A DNA stretch of 64,000 bases from Candidatus Peregrinibacteria bacterium CG2_30_44_17 (GCA_001873565.1 MNZJ01000025.1:613-64612), one strand, 5' to 3'. Shown: positions 9,869 to 19,475, numbered from the stretch's first letter. The notes: generated by a model from the sequence alone, not told the origin. Numbers and translations are program-made.

Positions 9869-10780
9869 TTATAGAGGCTTTTTCAGTACACAATAGGTTG
9901 TGGAAAGGAAGAGCTCCTTGAGCAGAGGTATTCGGGCCAGTGCCTTAAAAAGAGTCTTGTTAAATGTAGAAAGGTGAACGTGCTTGATGGAGGCTGCGCC
10001 GGATTTTTCAAGCTTAGTAACTACCTTAAAAAACTTCCTAATAGTAATGCGATTAAGGTAAGAGATATGTTCGCGCCCACGCTCATCCCGTGAAATTCTA
10101 AAAGAAACACGCCTATCGCCATTCGGATACTTCTTTATCGCCTCTTTGTAGAGGGCTATGCGGAATTTCTCGGTAGTGAAGACGTGGAGCCATGGGATCA
10201 TAAGGGCATCCCATAGATGGTGGCCATATACAAAATAATATCCTTCAAAATTAATGTAGATCTCGCCACCCGGCTTAAGAATGCGGAGAGCTTCCAGAAG
10301 AGCTTTCTTGGTGTTGGGGATATGCTCGATAGCATCATTAAAAATAACAAAATCAAAATAGCTATCAGGCAGGAAGGAGCTTGTGGCATCGTCAACCGAG
10401 AAACGGCATTTGTCGGAGACTCCCTTCTCCTCAGCCATAGAATTCGCTTGAGCAATAAACTCGGCATTGAGATCAATACCCCAAACTTCCGCAGGGCCAT
10501 TCATCGCCAAAAATATCGTTTTGCCACCACCTCCGCATGCAAAATCAGCCACCTTTTTGCCACGCACTTTTTCAAAAAAAAGGCCAAATCTATCATACCT
10601 TTTAAACAAATTCGGAGCTGTCGCAAACTCGTATGGAGCATAATTCAGATTCTCTCCAATCCCATCTTCGTTAAACGGATGAGGCATTGGCTTGAAAAGG
10701 CGATTAAGCCTTAGAAAGAATTTTATCAAAAACTTATTCATATAGTGAGAGTAGTATACCAAAGCCCAAGGCAAGGGCAA
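9869..10780 (-). CDS. Class I SAM-dependent methyltransferase
   Basis: Motif I VADFACGGGG and ILKPGGEIYINFE. The likely true start is the ATG at 10741 (MNKFLIKFF). Confidence 0.7.
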   Translation of the reverse strand: MPLPWALVYYSHYMNKFLIKFFLRLNRLFKPMPHPFNEDGIGENLNYAPYEFATAPNLFKRYDRFGLFFEKVRGKKVADFACGGGGKTIFLAMNGPAEVWGIDLNAEFIAQANSMAEEKGVSDKCRFSVDDATSSFLPDSYFDFVIFNDAIEHIPNTKKALLEALRILKPGGEIYINFEGYYFVYGHHLWDALMIPWLHVFTTEKFRIALYKEAIKKYPNGDRRVSFRISRDERGREHISYLNRITIRKFFKVVTKLEKSGAASIKHVHLSTFNKTLFKALARIPLLKELFLSTTYCVLKKPL

Positions 10781-10861
10781 TCACGATGCTGCAAAAACAC
10801 AAAATCGGTTGCGGGGTAGCCTTACACAGGCTAATCTAGCGGCGCTGGTAACCAATTTTTT

Positions 10862-11950
10862 ATGCAAGAGACCAAAGAGAGACTTAAGGTAATACAAAAG
10901 GAGATAAAGTCCGCAAAAATATTCCTCAAATTCCCGCAGCTCGAAGAGGAATTAAAGCAGCACGACCTCGAAATGAGCACGGAGGAATTTTGGAGCGACC
11001 AAGAACATGCAAAGAAGCTATCAGAAGAGGCAGGAAACATTAGGAAGACGCTATCGGAATGGAATGAATTCGAGAAAGAAGTACAAGATACGGAAGAGTT
11101 AACGGAGATGATGGATCCGGCAACAGACATAGAGGCTTTCGAAGAGCTCAAAAAATCTACAGCAGAAGCGGAAGCAAAGCTAAGCAAGTTGTCTGTACAA
11201 CTATATCTGAACGGCAAATACGACAAAAACAACGCTATTTTATCCATTCACGCAGGTACGGGCGGAACGGATGCTCAGGACTGGGCGGAAATGCTCATGC
11301 GAATGTATCTTCGTTATGCGGACATCAAGGGGTGGAAGACGGAGATAGTAGAAAAAACTCAGGAGGACGAAGCTGGAATAAAGAGCGCGGAGATCACAAT
11401 CACTGGACAGTTTGCGTATGGATTTCTAAAAGAAGAACACGGCGTACACAGGCTTGTAAGGATCAGTCCGTTCAACTCCGGAGGAACAAGGGAGACGTCA
11501 TTCGCGCTTGTAGAGGTCACGCCTGAGATAGAAGAGCATGAAGTCGAAATAAAAGACGACGACCTCAAGATAGAGACATTCAGGGCTAGTGGTCGCGGAG
11601 GTCAGTCGGTCAACACGACAGACTCCGCCATACGTATAACTCACACGCCAACAGGAATAACTGTTCAGTGTCAGAACGAACGCTCTCAGCTTCAAAACAG
11701 GCAGGTCGCATTAAAAAACCTCAAGTCCAAGCTCGTAGCTCTGCAAGAAAAACACCATCTGGAAACAATAGAGCACCTCAAAGGCGAGCACGCACAGCAT
11801 TCATGGGGTAACCAGATCAGATCCTACGTTTTGCACCCATACCAAATGGTCAAGGACCATCGTACGGATTACGAAACAAGCCAAATAGACAAAGTTCTAG
11901 ACGGCGAATTAGATGATATAATTGAGGCGTCACTAAGGTCGGAAAAATAA
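10862..11950 (+). CDS. prfB: Peptide chain release factor 2
   Basis: 362 aa with the RF2-specific SPF tripeptide (RISPFNSGG) and GGQ (GRGGQSVN). The ORF is uninterrupted, with no programmed +1 frameshift site. Confidence 0.9.
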   Translation: MQETKERLKVIQKEIKSAKIFLKFPQLEEELKQHDLEMSTEEFWSDQEHAKKLSEEAGNIRKTLSEWNEFEKEVQDTEELTEMMDPATDIEAFEELKKSTAEAEAKLSKLSVQLYLNGKYDKNNAILSIHAGTGGTDAQDWAEMLMRMYLRYADIKGWKTEIVEKTQEDEAGIKSAEITITGQFAYGFLKEEHGVHRLVRISPFNSGGTRETSFALVEVTPEIEEHEVEIKDDDLKIETFRASGRGGQSVNTTDSAIRITHTPTGITVQCQNERSQLQNRQVALKNLKSKLVALQEKHHLETIEHLKGEHAQHSWGNQIRSYVLHPYQMVKDHRTDYETSQIDKVLDGELDDIIEASLRSEK

Positions 11951-11964
11951 CCCTACCCCTTACG

Positions 11965-12459
11965 ATGTTAGAAATACTCACGGGAGAAACCAACAAAACT
12001 CTCCGCGAAAAATCAGTCTCGGTAGCGAAAATAGACTCGTCGATCAAGAAGCTGATCAAGGAGATGGTTAAGTCTATGGGTTCGGAAAATGGCGTTGGTC
12101 TTGCAGCCCCTCAAGTCGGCAGCAATATCAGGGTCATCATAGCCAGACTCAATCCGGGAGAAGGAAACGAGATCATTGTAGCAATGGTCAATCCGGAGAT
12201 AGCCTCTTGCTCCGAAGAAAAAGAAGCTGGAGAAGAAGGATGTTTGAGCCTTCCGGGGATGTGGGGTCAGGTGGTAAGGTCCAGAGAAATCATCGTCAGA
12301 TTCACGAGTCAAAAAGGACAAGATCAGACGCTCAAGATGGAAGCGCTTAATGCTCGTATAGTCCAGCACGAAATAGACCACCTCGATGGGGTATTGTTTG
12401 TGGACAAAGCAACTGGAATACACGAAAAGAAGATGGAAATAGACGATTTGCAAATCTAG
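11965..12459 (+). CDS. def: Peptide deformylase
   Basis: All three signature motifs are present: GVGLAAPQVG, EGCLSLPG and QHEIDHLDG. Confidence 0.92.
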   Translation: MLEILTGETNKTLREKSVSVAKIDSSIKKLIKEMVKSMGSENGVGLAAPQVGSNIRVIIARLNPGEGNEIIVAMVNPEIASCSEEKEAGEEGCLSLPGMWGQVVRSREIIVRFTSQKGQDQTLKMEALNARIVQHEIDHLDGVLFVDKATGIHEKKMEIDDLQI

Positions 12460-12460
12460 C

Positions 12461-12509
12461 CAAAACCTCCCTCTTCCATTCCTGACTCCGTAGTGTGAAC
12501 AGGCCCTAG
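12461..12509. repeat. 49-nt dispersed intergenic element, copy 1
   Basis: caaaacCtccctcttccatTcctgaCtcCgtagTgtgaacaggccctag matches 46558-46606 at 44 of 49 positions. It fills the def/FemAB convergent gap, and the FemAB TAG stop lies within it. Confidence 0.85.
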
Positions 12510-13477
12510 CCAATTCTCTTCTTCGTCCTCATAGCCCAGTACCAAAAAGGCTTAAGAACTTTTTCGCGTGCCTTGGTATAGCTCTGCAACTCGCCGCCAA
12601 ACTTTTCCTTGAACTTGGTAATGCCTGCCCATGGATGTTGAGTGTCTCCCTCTGGAGCAACCCCAAACAAATCATAAGTCCTGCACCCTCGCTCCTTAGC
12701 ATCCAACATCGCGCGCCACTGTAGCAGGTACGGTGCCATAGCCTCTCGATGCTTACTGGACGAGGCTCCAAAATAGTAAATAGCTGTGTCTTTGTAGAAG
12801 GTGACAATAATGCCGGCAATCACCTCGCAGTCGAGTTCGGCTAAATAAAGGACAGCATTTTTACCAAGCCGGTCGAGCATCGATTGATAATATTCTTGGT
12901 CATGTCCACGAAATCCGTCACGCCCAGTAGTCTCTACAAAAATCTTAAAAAACTCACTAACATCGCGCGATGTCCGTACCGCAACGCCATGCTTCTCGGC
13001 AACCTTGATATTGTATCTGCCCTTTGGCTTCATCTGCTTAAGGATGTCTTCTTCGCTCTGGCCTAGATTGACCAAAATCGTATCCTCTGGGAAATAGTGA
13101 GAATGAGCGCTTCTCCCCCATTTGCTCAAAAAAGAACAATTACCGCAAGGCGGCTCAACTCTGACAAAAACACACTTCTCTTTTCTGGCCATTTGGATAA
13201 ACCCATCCATCAGCGGACGAAAATACCCAGGCCCGTCCAAAAGCGGTCCTCTTGGTGCAAAATACCAGCAAAGGCCCATAGGTAGCTTCTGCCTAACAAA
13301 AACCGCAGCAGCGCGCAAGCTATCGCCATCCTTGACCCCGCAAATCACAGACTTGCCTCGCGCAGCCACATTGGTTTGAAAATCCGCCCACATCGAAGTC
13401 TGATGGATATTGCCTTTTGGGTGTTTGAGCGAGAAGGCATCAAGCTCCTTTTCGGAAATTTTGCAAAATTGAAGCAT
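12506..13477 (-). CDS. FemAB-family peptidoglycan interpeptide-bridge aminoacyltransferase
   Basis: 323 aa. Length and sequence pattern (MWADFQ, YYFGASS, KFKEKFGG) are typical of FemX/FemAB family proteins. Confidence 0.75.
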   Translation of the reverse strand: MLQFCKISEKELDAFSLKHPKGNIHQTSMWADFQTNVAARGKSVICGVKDGDSLRAAAVFVRQKLPMGLCWYFAPRGPLLDGPGYFRPLMDGFIQMARKEKCVFVRVEPPCGNCSFLSKWGRSAHSHYFPEDTILVNLGQSEEDILKQMKPKGRYNIKVAEKHGVAVRTSRDVSEFFKIFVETTGRDGFRGHDQEYYQSMLDRLGKNAVLYLAELDCEVIAGIIVTFYKDTAIYYFGASSSKHREAMAPYLLQWRAMLDAKERGCRTYDLFGVAPEGDTQHPWAGITKFKEKFGGELQSYTKAREKVLKPFWYWAMRTKKRIG

Positions 13478-13541
13478 AAAAAAACATTACGGACTGAGAT
13501 TAGCAGGAAGTGACACGTAGCAACAAGTTTATTCGTTGGCG

Positions 13542-13778
13542 TTAGCCCAGTGCCAATTTCTCGCGAATCGCATCAACAGCCCCGGCAAGCCCATCAGGTT
13601 TTTCGAAAAACATAAAAGTATCGGGAGCAAACGAGGCTAATAGTTCCTGAATCTTCGTGCGCTCGGAAGGATTGTCAGGGGCTGAACAGTGCAATATAAC
13701 AAGCTGGCATCTTTGAGAAATCGCTTCCCGCGCTCTATCGCCATCTTCGGCCCACAAAACGGTTGTTGGCTTATTCAC
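13542..13778 (-). CDS. Hypothetical small protein (weak resemblance to a truncated receiver domain)
   Basis: 78-aa ORF with GTG start. TVLWAEDGD and FFEKPDGL are loosely CheY-like, but the ORF is too short for a full receiver domain. Confidence 0.35.
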   Translation of the reverse strand: MNKPTTVLWAEDGDRAREAISQRCQLVILHCSAPDNPSERTKIQELLASFAPDTFMFFEKPDGLAGAVDAIREKLALG

Positions 13779-13840
13779 GAGGAGGAGAGTAAAAATACAC
13801 AGATCCGAATTATGGCTCTGCTTAAGGAAAAAGTCAAAGC

Positions 13841-13869
13841 AAAAGCCCCTCGCTCATGCGAGGGGCTTT
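13841..13869 (-). terminator. Intrinsic terminator after ftsZ (bidirectional shape)
   Basis: A 9-bp GC-rich stem, GCCCCTCGC (13844-13852) / GCGAGGGGC (13857-13865), with loop TCAT. It is flanked by an A-run and a T-run. Confidence 0.65.
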
Positions 13870-13960
13870 TAAGTTCTTATTAAAGATTTTATTTTTGCTT
13901 CAGGAGGCCTTGGAAACGTCCGAAGGATTTGCCCGGAAGCGAAAAGTAACAAATCAAAAT

Positions 13961-15115
13961 CTAATTCCCCATCTTCTGGCGTATAAACGCAGGGATATCG
14001 TATTCACTCTCTGTCTCCTTCATTGCGGTTGTGTCAGGGCGATGAAGTGATGAAGAGTGCAAAGTGGAAACGGTTTTGCGATGGTCGTCAAAGCCCGTAG
14101 CAACTACGGTCACCTTGATCTCGCCGGTATAAGAATCGTTGATTACGGAACCGAATATAATATTGGCTTCCGGATCGGCAGCTTCGGTAATAATACGAGC
14201 AGCTTCGTCCACTTCAAACATAGACAAGTCATTTCCACCTGTAATGTTGAACAGGATGCCTTTAGCTCCGGCAATATCCATTTCAAGAAGAGGACTGTCG
14301 ATAGCAGCACGAGCAGCTTCGGCAGCACGGTTTTCACCAGTGCCGTAACCTATACCCATAAGAGCGCTACCAGCATTTTCCATAATTGCTTTAACGTCAG
14401 CGAAGTCAACGTTAATCATTCCGTGTACGGTAATCAGGTCGGAAATACCCTGAACACCTTGCCTAAGAACATCGTCAACGACAGTGAAAGCTTCCGTAAG
14501 AGGAGTCTTTTTATCGATGAGTGACAAGATTTTGTCATTAGGAATGACGATCATCGTGTCAACCTTGTTCTTAAGGTTTTCTAGGCCTTCGTCAGCCTGA
14601 GTCTTTCTTCTGTGTCCCTCAAAAGAAAAAGGCTTGGTAACTACGCCAACGGTAAGGATGCCAAGATCTTTTGCGATCTCCGCAATAACAGGAGCGCCGC
14701 CGGTTCCCGTGCCACCGCCTAGCCCGCAAGTAATAAAGACCATGTCGGCCCCGTCAAGCACTTGCTTGATTTCCTCGGAGCTTTCTTCAGCAGCCTGCTT
14801 CCCTACTTCAGGATGGCTGCCTGCGCCTAGCCCACGAGTTGTTGCTTTTCCCACGTTCACCTTGGTAGGTGCCTCCGAGTGGTACAAAGCTTGAGCGTCT
14901 GTATTGACCGCAATGAAATCCATACCCTTTACGTTGGATTTGATCATGCGGTTTACAGCGTTTCCACCTCCTCCCCCTACACCGACCACTTTGATTGACG
15001 CAACAGGAGTGATGTCTGGAGTAATCTCCATATTTCTTTTCCTGTTGTTAGCTCCAGAAAACAAGTTCTTGAGAGCGTCATCAGAGCCACCGGATTTTCT
15101 ATCGTCGTTTGTCAT
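13961..15115 (-). CDS. ftsZ: Cell division GTPase FtsZ
   Basis: Tubulin signature [22 protein letters not shown] and a conserved C-terminal peptide DIPAFIR. Confidence 0.96.
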   Translation of the reverse strand: MTNDDRKSGGSDDALKNLFSGANNRKRNMEITPDITPVASIKVVGVGGGGGNAVNRMIKSNVKGMDFIAVNTDAQALYHSEAPTKVNVGKATTRGLGAGSHPEVGKQAAEESSEEIKQVLDGADMVFITCGLGGGTGTGGAPVIAEIAKDLGILTVGVVTKPFSFEGHRRKTQADEGLENLKNKVDTMIVIPNDKILSLIDKKTPLTEAFTVVDDVLRQGVQGISDLITVHGMINVDFADVKAIMENAGSALMGIGYGTGENRAAEAARAAIDSPLLEMDIAGAKGILFNITGGNDLSMFEVDEAARIITEAADPEANIIFGSVINDSYTGEIKVTVVATGFDDHRKTVSTLHSSSLHRPDTTAMKETESEYDIPAFIRQKMGN

Positions 15116-15212
15116 GGTTAATGAGTTTAGGAGACAAATGGGGGGGGTATATATAATTGTTAGTTATCAAAAAATCTTGGCCTTAATTTTCAAATTGTAC
15201 TACTGACTGTCT

Positions 15213-16454
15213 CTATGGCATCAGCCCTTTCACCCAGCTCTTCACGCTTCCCCAGGCCTTGTCGATCTTGAATCCCTTCAGATCGATTCCGTATCCGCTA
15301 TGTCCTTCGAACCTGGCGCCCCATATAGCTAAGCCTATTGCGGTTGCATAAGCGGGGTCGTCGATTTTATCAACAACTCCTTCGAAGTTCTGAGGGAAAC
15401 CAATCTGGACAGGCAGGTTAAGGGTATCTCTTGCCAAATCCACGGCTCCGGGAATCTTGGTCGCAGCTCCTGTCAAAATCGCTCCGGCTGGAAGCATGCC
15501 ATCGCGGCTAATCTTGGCTAAGTCGTCCTTGACCATACAAAAAATCTCGTGATATCTGGCTTGGATAATCTCAGCCAGCTGCCTCTTGGAAACGGTTTGC
15601 GTATCTATTTTGCTTAAAAGAGAAAGATCTATGGTTTCGCGATCATTAACATCTTCGGGTATGCAAGATCCATACTCAATCTTAATCTTGTCAGCTGTAT
15701 CAATAGAAGTACGTAATCCGATGGCAATATCGTTAGTCACATTCTCTCCTCCAACAGGAATTACAGAGGTGTACAAAGTAGTGCCTTCTTCGAAGACGGA
15801 AACAGAAGTTCCTCCGCATCCAACGTCTATTACAACAACGCCCAACTCTTTCTGCCTTTTTGACAGAACAGCTTCGGCAGCTGCAAGACCGGATGGAATA
15901 ATATCGTCAATATCAACGCCGGCTTGATGCACACACTTCTCAATATTTTTTACAGCAGGAGAAAGTCCAGTAATAAGATGAGCCTCGACTTCAAGCCTAA
16001 TGCCGATCATGCCAACTGGATACTTAATACCTTTCTGTTCGTCTACGGTAAAAGACTTAGGGATGATTCGCAAAATTCTTCTGTTGCTTGGAATAGAAAC
16101 AGCTTGCGCTGCTTCAAGAACTCTGTCGACGTCATCCTCTGCGATTTCATTTCCACTGTGAGAAACCGCAATAACACCCTTGCTATCCTGAGAAGCCAAG
16201 TGTGTTCCTCCGATTCCAAGGAAAACATGGTGGATAGGTTCTCCGGCCATCCTCTCCGCATCTTCTAGCGAAGACGAAATGCTGTTTATGGTCTCTTCTA
16301 CATCAATAACGCTTCCCTTTCGAAGACCAAAGGAAGGCGCAACGCCAACGCCAATAACATTTGGAACAGCTCCCCTCTCTTCAAGCGTGCATACAACTGT
16401 ACGAATTTTAGAGCTACCAATATCTAGGCCGGCAATCAAACGGCTTTTGGACAT
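15213..16454 (-). CDS. ftsA: Cell division protein FtsA
   Basis: 413-aa actin-fold protein (LDIGSSKIR, VIDVGCGGTS) located immediately upstream of ftsZ. Confidence 0.9.
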   Translation of the reverse strand: MSKSRLIAGLDIGSSKIRTVVCTLEERGAVPNVIGVGVAPSFGLRKGSVIDVEETINSISSSLEDAERMAGEPIHHVFLGIGGTHLASQDSKGVIAVSHSGNEIAEDDVDRVLEAAQAVSIPSNRRILRIIPKSFTVDEQKGIKYPVGMIGIRLEVEAHLITGLSPAVKNIEKCVHQAGVDIDDIIPSGLAAAEAVLSKRQKELGVVVIDVGCGGTSVSVFEEGTTLYTSVIPVGGENVTNDIAIGLRTSIDTADKIKIEYGSCIPEDVNDRETIDLSLLSKIDTQTVSKRQLAEIIQARYHEIFCMVKDDLAKISRDGMLPAGAILTGAATKIPGAVDLARDTLNLPVQIGFPQNFEGVVDKIDDPAYATAIGLAIWGARFEGHSGYGIDLKGFKIDKAWGSVKSWVKGLMP

Positions 16455-16545
16455 GTTTTTGATTTTAAGGAATTTTCTCTGCGTAGTCTACGAGGAATAT
16501 AAGCAAAAAGCAAAGGGCACATCAAGACTTTGTATACCTTTTTTT

Positions 16546-16659
16546 GCCAAAAAACGGCTAGTAAAAGCCAAGTGTGCTAATTTTTTATACAGCTACTCAA
16601 TCTGATAAAAGCCGAAAAACCACAAAAAACCAACAGCCAAAAAACGGCTAGTAAAAGCC
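16546..16659. repeat. Direct 24-nt repeats in the ftsA upstream gap
   Basis: GCCAAAAAACGGCTAGTAAAAGCC is exact at 16546-16569 and 16636-16659. The overlapping 15-mer TAAAAGCCGAAAAAC occurs at 16606-16620 and 16652-16666. Confidence 0.85.
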
Positions 16660-16868
16660 GAAAAACATGTTCAAAGTAGACCGCGAAACGCACGAGCATT
16701 GAACAATAAAATTACTCTGTCGAAAATATAAATAATTTTTTTGTTCACGGAGCCGAGAAGAGGGCTTCGGGAAGGGATCAAGTAGCCATCGGGACTTTTG
16801 AGAGGCGTATGGCGGGATCAACGAGCATGGCACGAAATAAAAAATCTGACAAAAGCAGGCCGATCATC

Positions 16869-16901
16869 AAAAAACCCCTTGTACAAGCCGTAAACAGGGG
16901 G
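16869..16901 (-). terminator. Probable intrinsic terminator after the 5'-3' exonuclease gene
   Basis: The minus strand reads CCCCCTGTTTACGGCTTGTACAAGGGG followed by TTTTTT. The stem is CCCCT(GU)/(AC)AAGGGG with one bulge. Confidence 0.5.
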
Positions 16902-16976
16902 TTTCGGTGGCCAAGATACAGCTTCACAACAATATTCGCATTAAGGCAACTCAAAACAGCTGTTTTTCATAGAGTC

Positions 16977-17900
16977 CTAAAACAAACTTAGCTGACTTTT
17001 TTTAAATTCACCATTTTTTTTGTTGTGTTCCCATTCGCCATTGAGAGCATGGAATCGTCCCGTTAGGCTGTTAAATTCCAACTCCTCAAATAGTTTTAGG
17101 ATTTTCTCGTGGTCGACATCATGAGTAATACAGTCGGCAAGGCGGAAGTCGATATCGACGTCATTGACAAGCTGAGCAAGGTCCCTGCTAAAGAATGCCA
17201 TCTTCTTATTGTCGACAAGCTTGTCTCGAAGCTTGCCGCTAACATTGTCTATGTTGTTGTATACACCCTCCAGCGTCTCGTAATCGTTCAAAAGCGAAGC
17301 GGCCGTTTTTGGACCTACTCCGGCAACTCCGGGAATATTGTCGCTGGGGTCACCGCACAAGCCTTTGTAGTCAACAACTTGGCTTGGTTTAATACCTAGT
17401 TTTTCCATAACCTGATCGGGAGTATAATATGTAACTTCTCGGTATCCCTTCCTTGGAGAAGCAACGGTGGTATGTTCGTCAATTAACTGAAAAGCATCTT
17501 TATCCCCTGTAACAATAACAGTTGTAAGGTCGTGATCCTTGGCTTTGGATGCCAAGGTTGCAATCAAGTCATCTGCCTCGTAGCCGGACTGTTCAAAAAT
17601 AGGCATATTAAAAGCACGAACAATTTCCTTGATACGAGGTATTTGAGAATAAAGTTCGTCCGGGGCTTTAACTCGAGTAGATTTGTATTCATCGTAAATC
17701 TCATGCCTATGAGTAGGGCCTTTTTTGTCAAAGGTTACAGCGATATAATCAGGAACTTCTTCCGCCAAAACGCCCATCAACACAGTAGTGAAGCCAAAGA
17801 CGGCATTGGTCATCTCTCCGGATGCGGTAAAAAGAGGAGGAATGGCATGGAACCCTCTGTGAACAAGTGCATTTCCGTCGATAAGAACAAGTTTTTTCAT
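16977..17900 (-). CDS. Stand-alone 5'-3' exonuclease (PolI N-terminal / FEN domain only)
   Basis: 307 aa. LIDGNALVHRGFHA, VTGDKDAFQL and the H3TH region GVAGVGPKTA are present. No polymerase domain is attached. Confidence 0.85.
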   Translation of the reverse strand: MKKLVLIDGNALVHRGFHAIPPLFTASGEMTNAVFGFTTVLMGVLAEEVPDYIAVTFDKKGPTHRHEIYDEYKSTRVKAPDELYSQIPRIKEIVRAFNMPIFEQSGYEADDLIATLASKAKDHDLTTVIVTGDKDAFQLIDEHTTVASPRKGYREVTYYTPDQVMEKLGIKPSQVVDYKGLCGDPSDNIPGVAGVGPKTAASLLNDYETLEGVYNNIDNVSGKLRDKLVDNKKMAFFSRDLAQLVNDVDIDFRLADCITHDVDHEKILKLFEELEFNSLTGRFHALNGEWEHNKKNGEFKKSQLSLF

Positions 17901-17921
17901 GAAAACGCGAGAAGCTACTAA

Positions 17922-18278
17922 CTAATCCAGGCTGTCTGAGCTATTGGAATTATCGGTTATGCCGGTAATGGTGTCGATAATGTCGCCAAAGTTGATGTAT
18001 TTGATGATATCAAGACCCATTGCACGTCCAACGGTACCAACAATCACAACGGACAAAATAGTAACAACGAGCCCTATAATTGCATACCTGATAGTACTAA
18101 CAGCTTGTTTTATTTTATCCTCCTGTCCTCCCGATAATATGAAAGAAATTCCTCCGAAGAAGATAAAAGCAACACTCAAAAACCCGGCAATTATAATCGC
18201 ATAAGCTATTCCCCTGTTGATAATCTCTACTACGTCGTAAGTTTCCGCGGCACTTACTATTGAAACATCGGGAGCCAT
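17922..18278 (-). CDS. Small two-TM membrane protein, TrbC/VirB2-type (T4SS pilin-like)
   Basis: 118 aa. Two hydrophobic helices flank SGGQEDKIKQA, an arrangement typical of the small pilin-like proteins common in reduced genomes. Confidence 0.45.
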   Translation of the reverse strand: MAPDVSIVSAAETYDVVEIINRGIAYAIIIAGFLSVAFIFFGGISFILSGGQEDKIKQAVSTIRYAIIGLVVTILSVVIVGTVGRAMGLDIIKYINFGDIIDTITGITDNSNSSDSLD

Positions 18279-18382
18279 AATTATTTAGTTACAAGATTAA
18301 AGTGTAGAAAGAGTACAAAAATTCTACTGCTCTTTATAGGAGTAAGCAACCGGAAAGACTGTTGCATCTTTGGTAAAAGATT

Positions 18383-18691
18383 TTAGAGTTCTCCATTGCT
18401 GGAGAAGGCAACCTCGGAGCCATCGGGTTCGATGATCTTGAGATTCACTCTTGCATTGTGTTTTGAGCCAATCACGCGCAAAAGCACGCGCAGAGCTTTC
18501 GCAGTTTGCCCGTTTTTACCAATTACCTTGCCCATATCCTCTTTAGCAACCTTGAGCGTAATAAGTACGCCCATCTCATCAACAACTCTCTCAACAGCAA
18601 CCTCGTCGGGGTTGTCCACAACCTGCTTAACAAAATACAAGATAAAATCTTTGTCTGGGCCTACGGAGTGATCGTCAGTGGCGGCGGTCAT
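18383..18691 (-). CDS. KH-domain RNA-binding protein (UPF0109/YlqC-like)
   Basis: KH GXXG motif VIGKNGQTAKALR. Conserved position directly downstream of rpsP. Confidence 0.8.
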   Translation of the reverse strand: MTAATDDHSVGPDKDFILYFVKQVVDNPDEVAVERVVDEMGVLITLKVAKEDMGKVIGKNGQTAKALRVLLRVIGSKHNARVNLKIIEPDGSEVAFSSNGEL

Positions 18692-18767
18692 TTACAGAGT
18701 TATTTAAAGAATAACTGGCGATATTATACACCAGTGATAGCGTGACGCAATATAACCGAGAGAATGT

Positions 18768-19382
18768 TTAAGCAGCCTCAGCGTCTTTTTTGTCCTCTTC
18801 TTCCGCAGGTGCCTCTTCGGTAGCTGGCTGATCGGCAGACTCCGCTTCCGCCGCAGGTTTTTCTTCCGAAGCCACCTCTGGTTCTAATGCCTCTTCGGCA
18901 GGAGCTTCCTCTTTTGATTCCTCCGCTGTAGCGGGTTCTGGTGCGACTTCAGCTTCCTTTTTGGCCTCTACAGGTTCTACTACCTCTTCAGGAGGAGTAG
19001 CGGAGGATTCCTCGACGTGCTTGTCTTCAGCAGGTGCTGGGGTTGCAGCAGGTGGACTACTTGCGGGTGGAGTAGTAGGAGCTTCTTCCTCTGGCCCCTT
19101 CCCTTTCCTCTTCTTGTCTCGAGGCGCAATATACTTGTCCATATCTGCCATACCTTTGCTCTTCAATAGAGACGCAACGGTATCGGTTGGTTGAGCTCCG
19201 ACAGAAATCCAATATTTAATACGATCTTCTTTGAATTCAAGCTGTTTAGGATTCTCTATAGGATTGTAGAACCCCAAGACTTCGATAAATTTACCTTTAA
19301 TGGGAGACGTGTGTTCAGCAACGACTATTCTATAAGATGGTCTGTTTGTTTTCCCTGTGCGGGTTAGTCTGATTCGCAGCAA
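18768..19382 (-). CDS. rpsP: 30S ribosomal protein S16 with about 120-aa Ala/Pro/Glu-rich C-terminal extension
   Basis: N-terminus MLRIRLTRTGKTNRPSYRIVVA and FYNP match S16. TTG start. The low-complexity tail is encoded at about 18768-19127. Confidence 0.85.
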   Translation of the reverse strand: MLRIRLTRTGKTNRPSYRIVVAEHTSPIKGKFIEVLGFYNPIENPKQLEFKEDRIKYWISVGAQPTDTVASLLKSKGMADMDKYIAPRDKKRKGKGPEEEAPTTPPASSPPAATPAPAEDKHVEESSATPPEEVVEPVEAKKEAEVAPEPATAEESKEEAPAEEALEPEVASEEKPAAEAESADQPATEEAPAEEEDKKDAEAA

Positions 19383-19475
19383 TGTTGAAAAATTAAAAAA
19401 TACTGATTGGTAAGCGAAAAATCGCTCCCATAGTCTATCGAGAAAATGACGTAAGTCAAGGGAAGTAGCGAAAAC

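Noticed and set aside
10831-11247. 138-aa minus-strand ORF; similar antisense ORFs at 12013-12513, 22565-23011 and 33736-34350
   Set aside because: These are shadow ORFs opposite prfB, def, rny and ispG respectively. Their composition is Ser/Cys/Phe-rich low-complexity.
10862-11950. Programmed +1 frameshift in prfB
   Set aside because: The RF2 ORF is continuous from its ATG through the region that aligns with the E. coli shift site. No in-frame TGA or CTT TGA motif is present.
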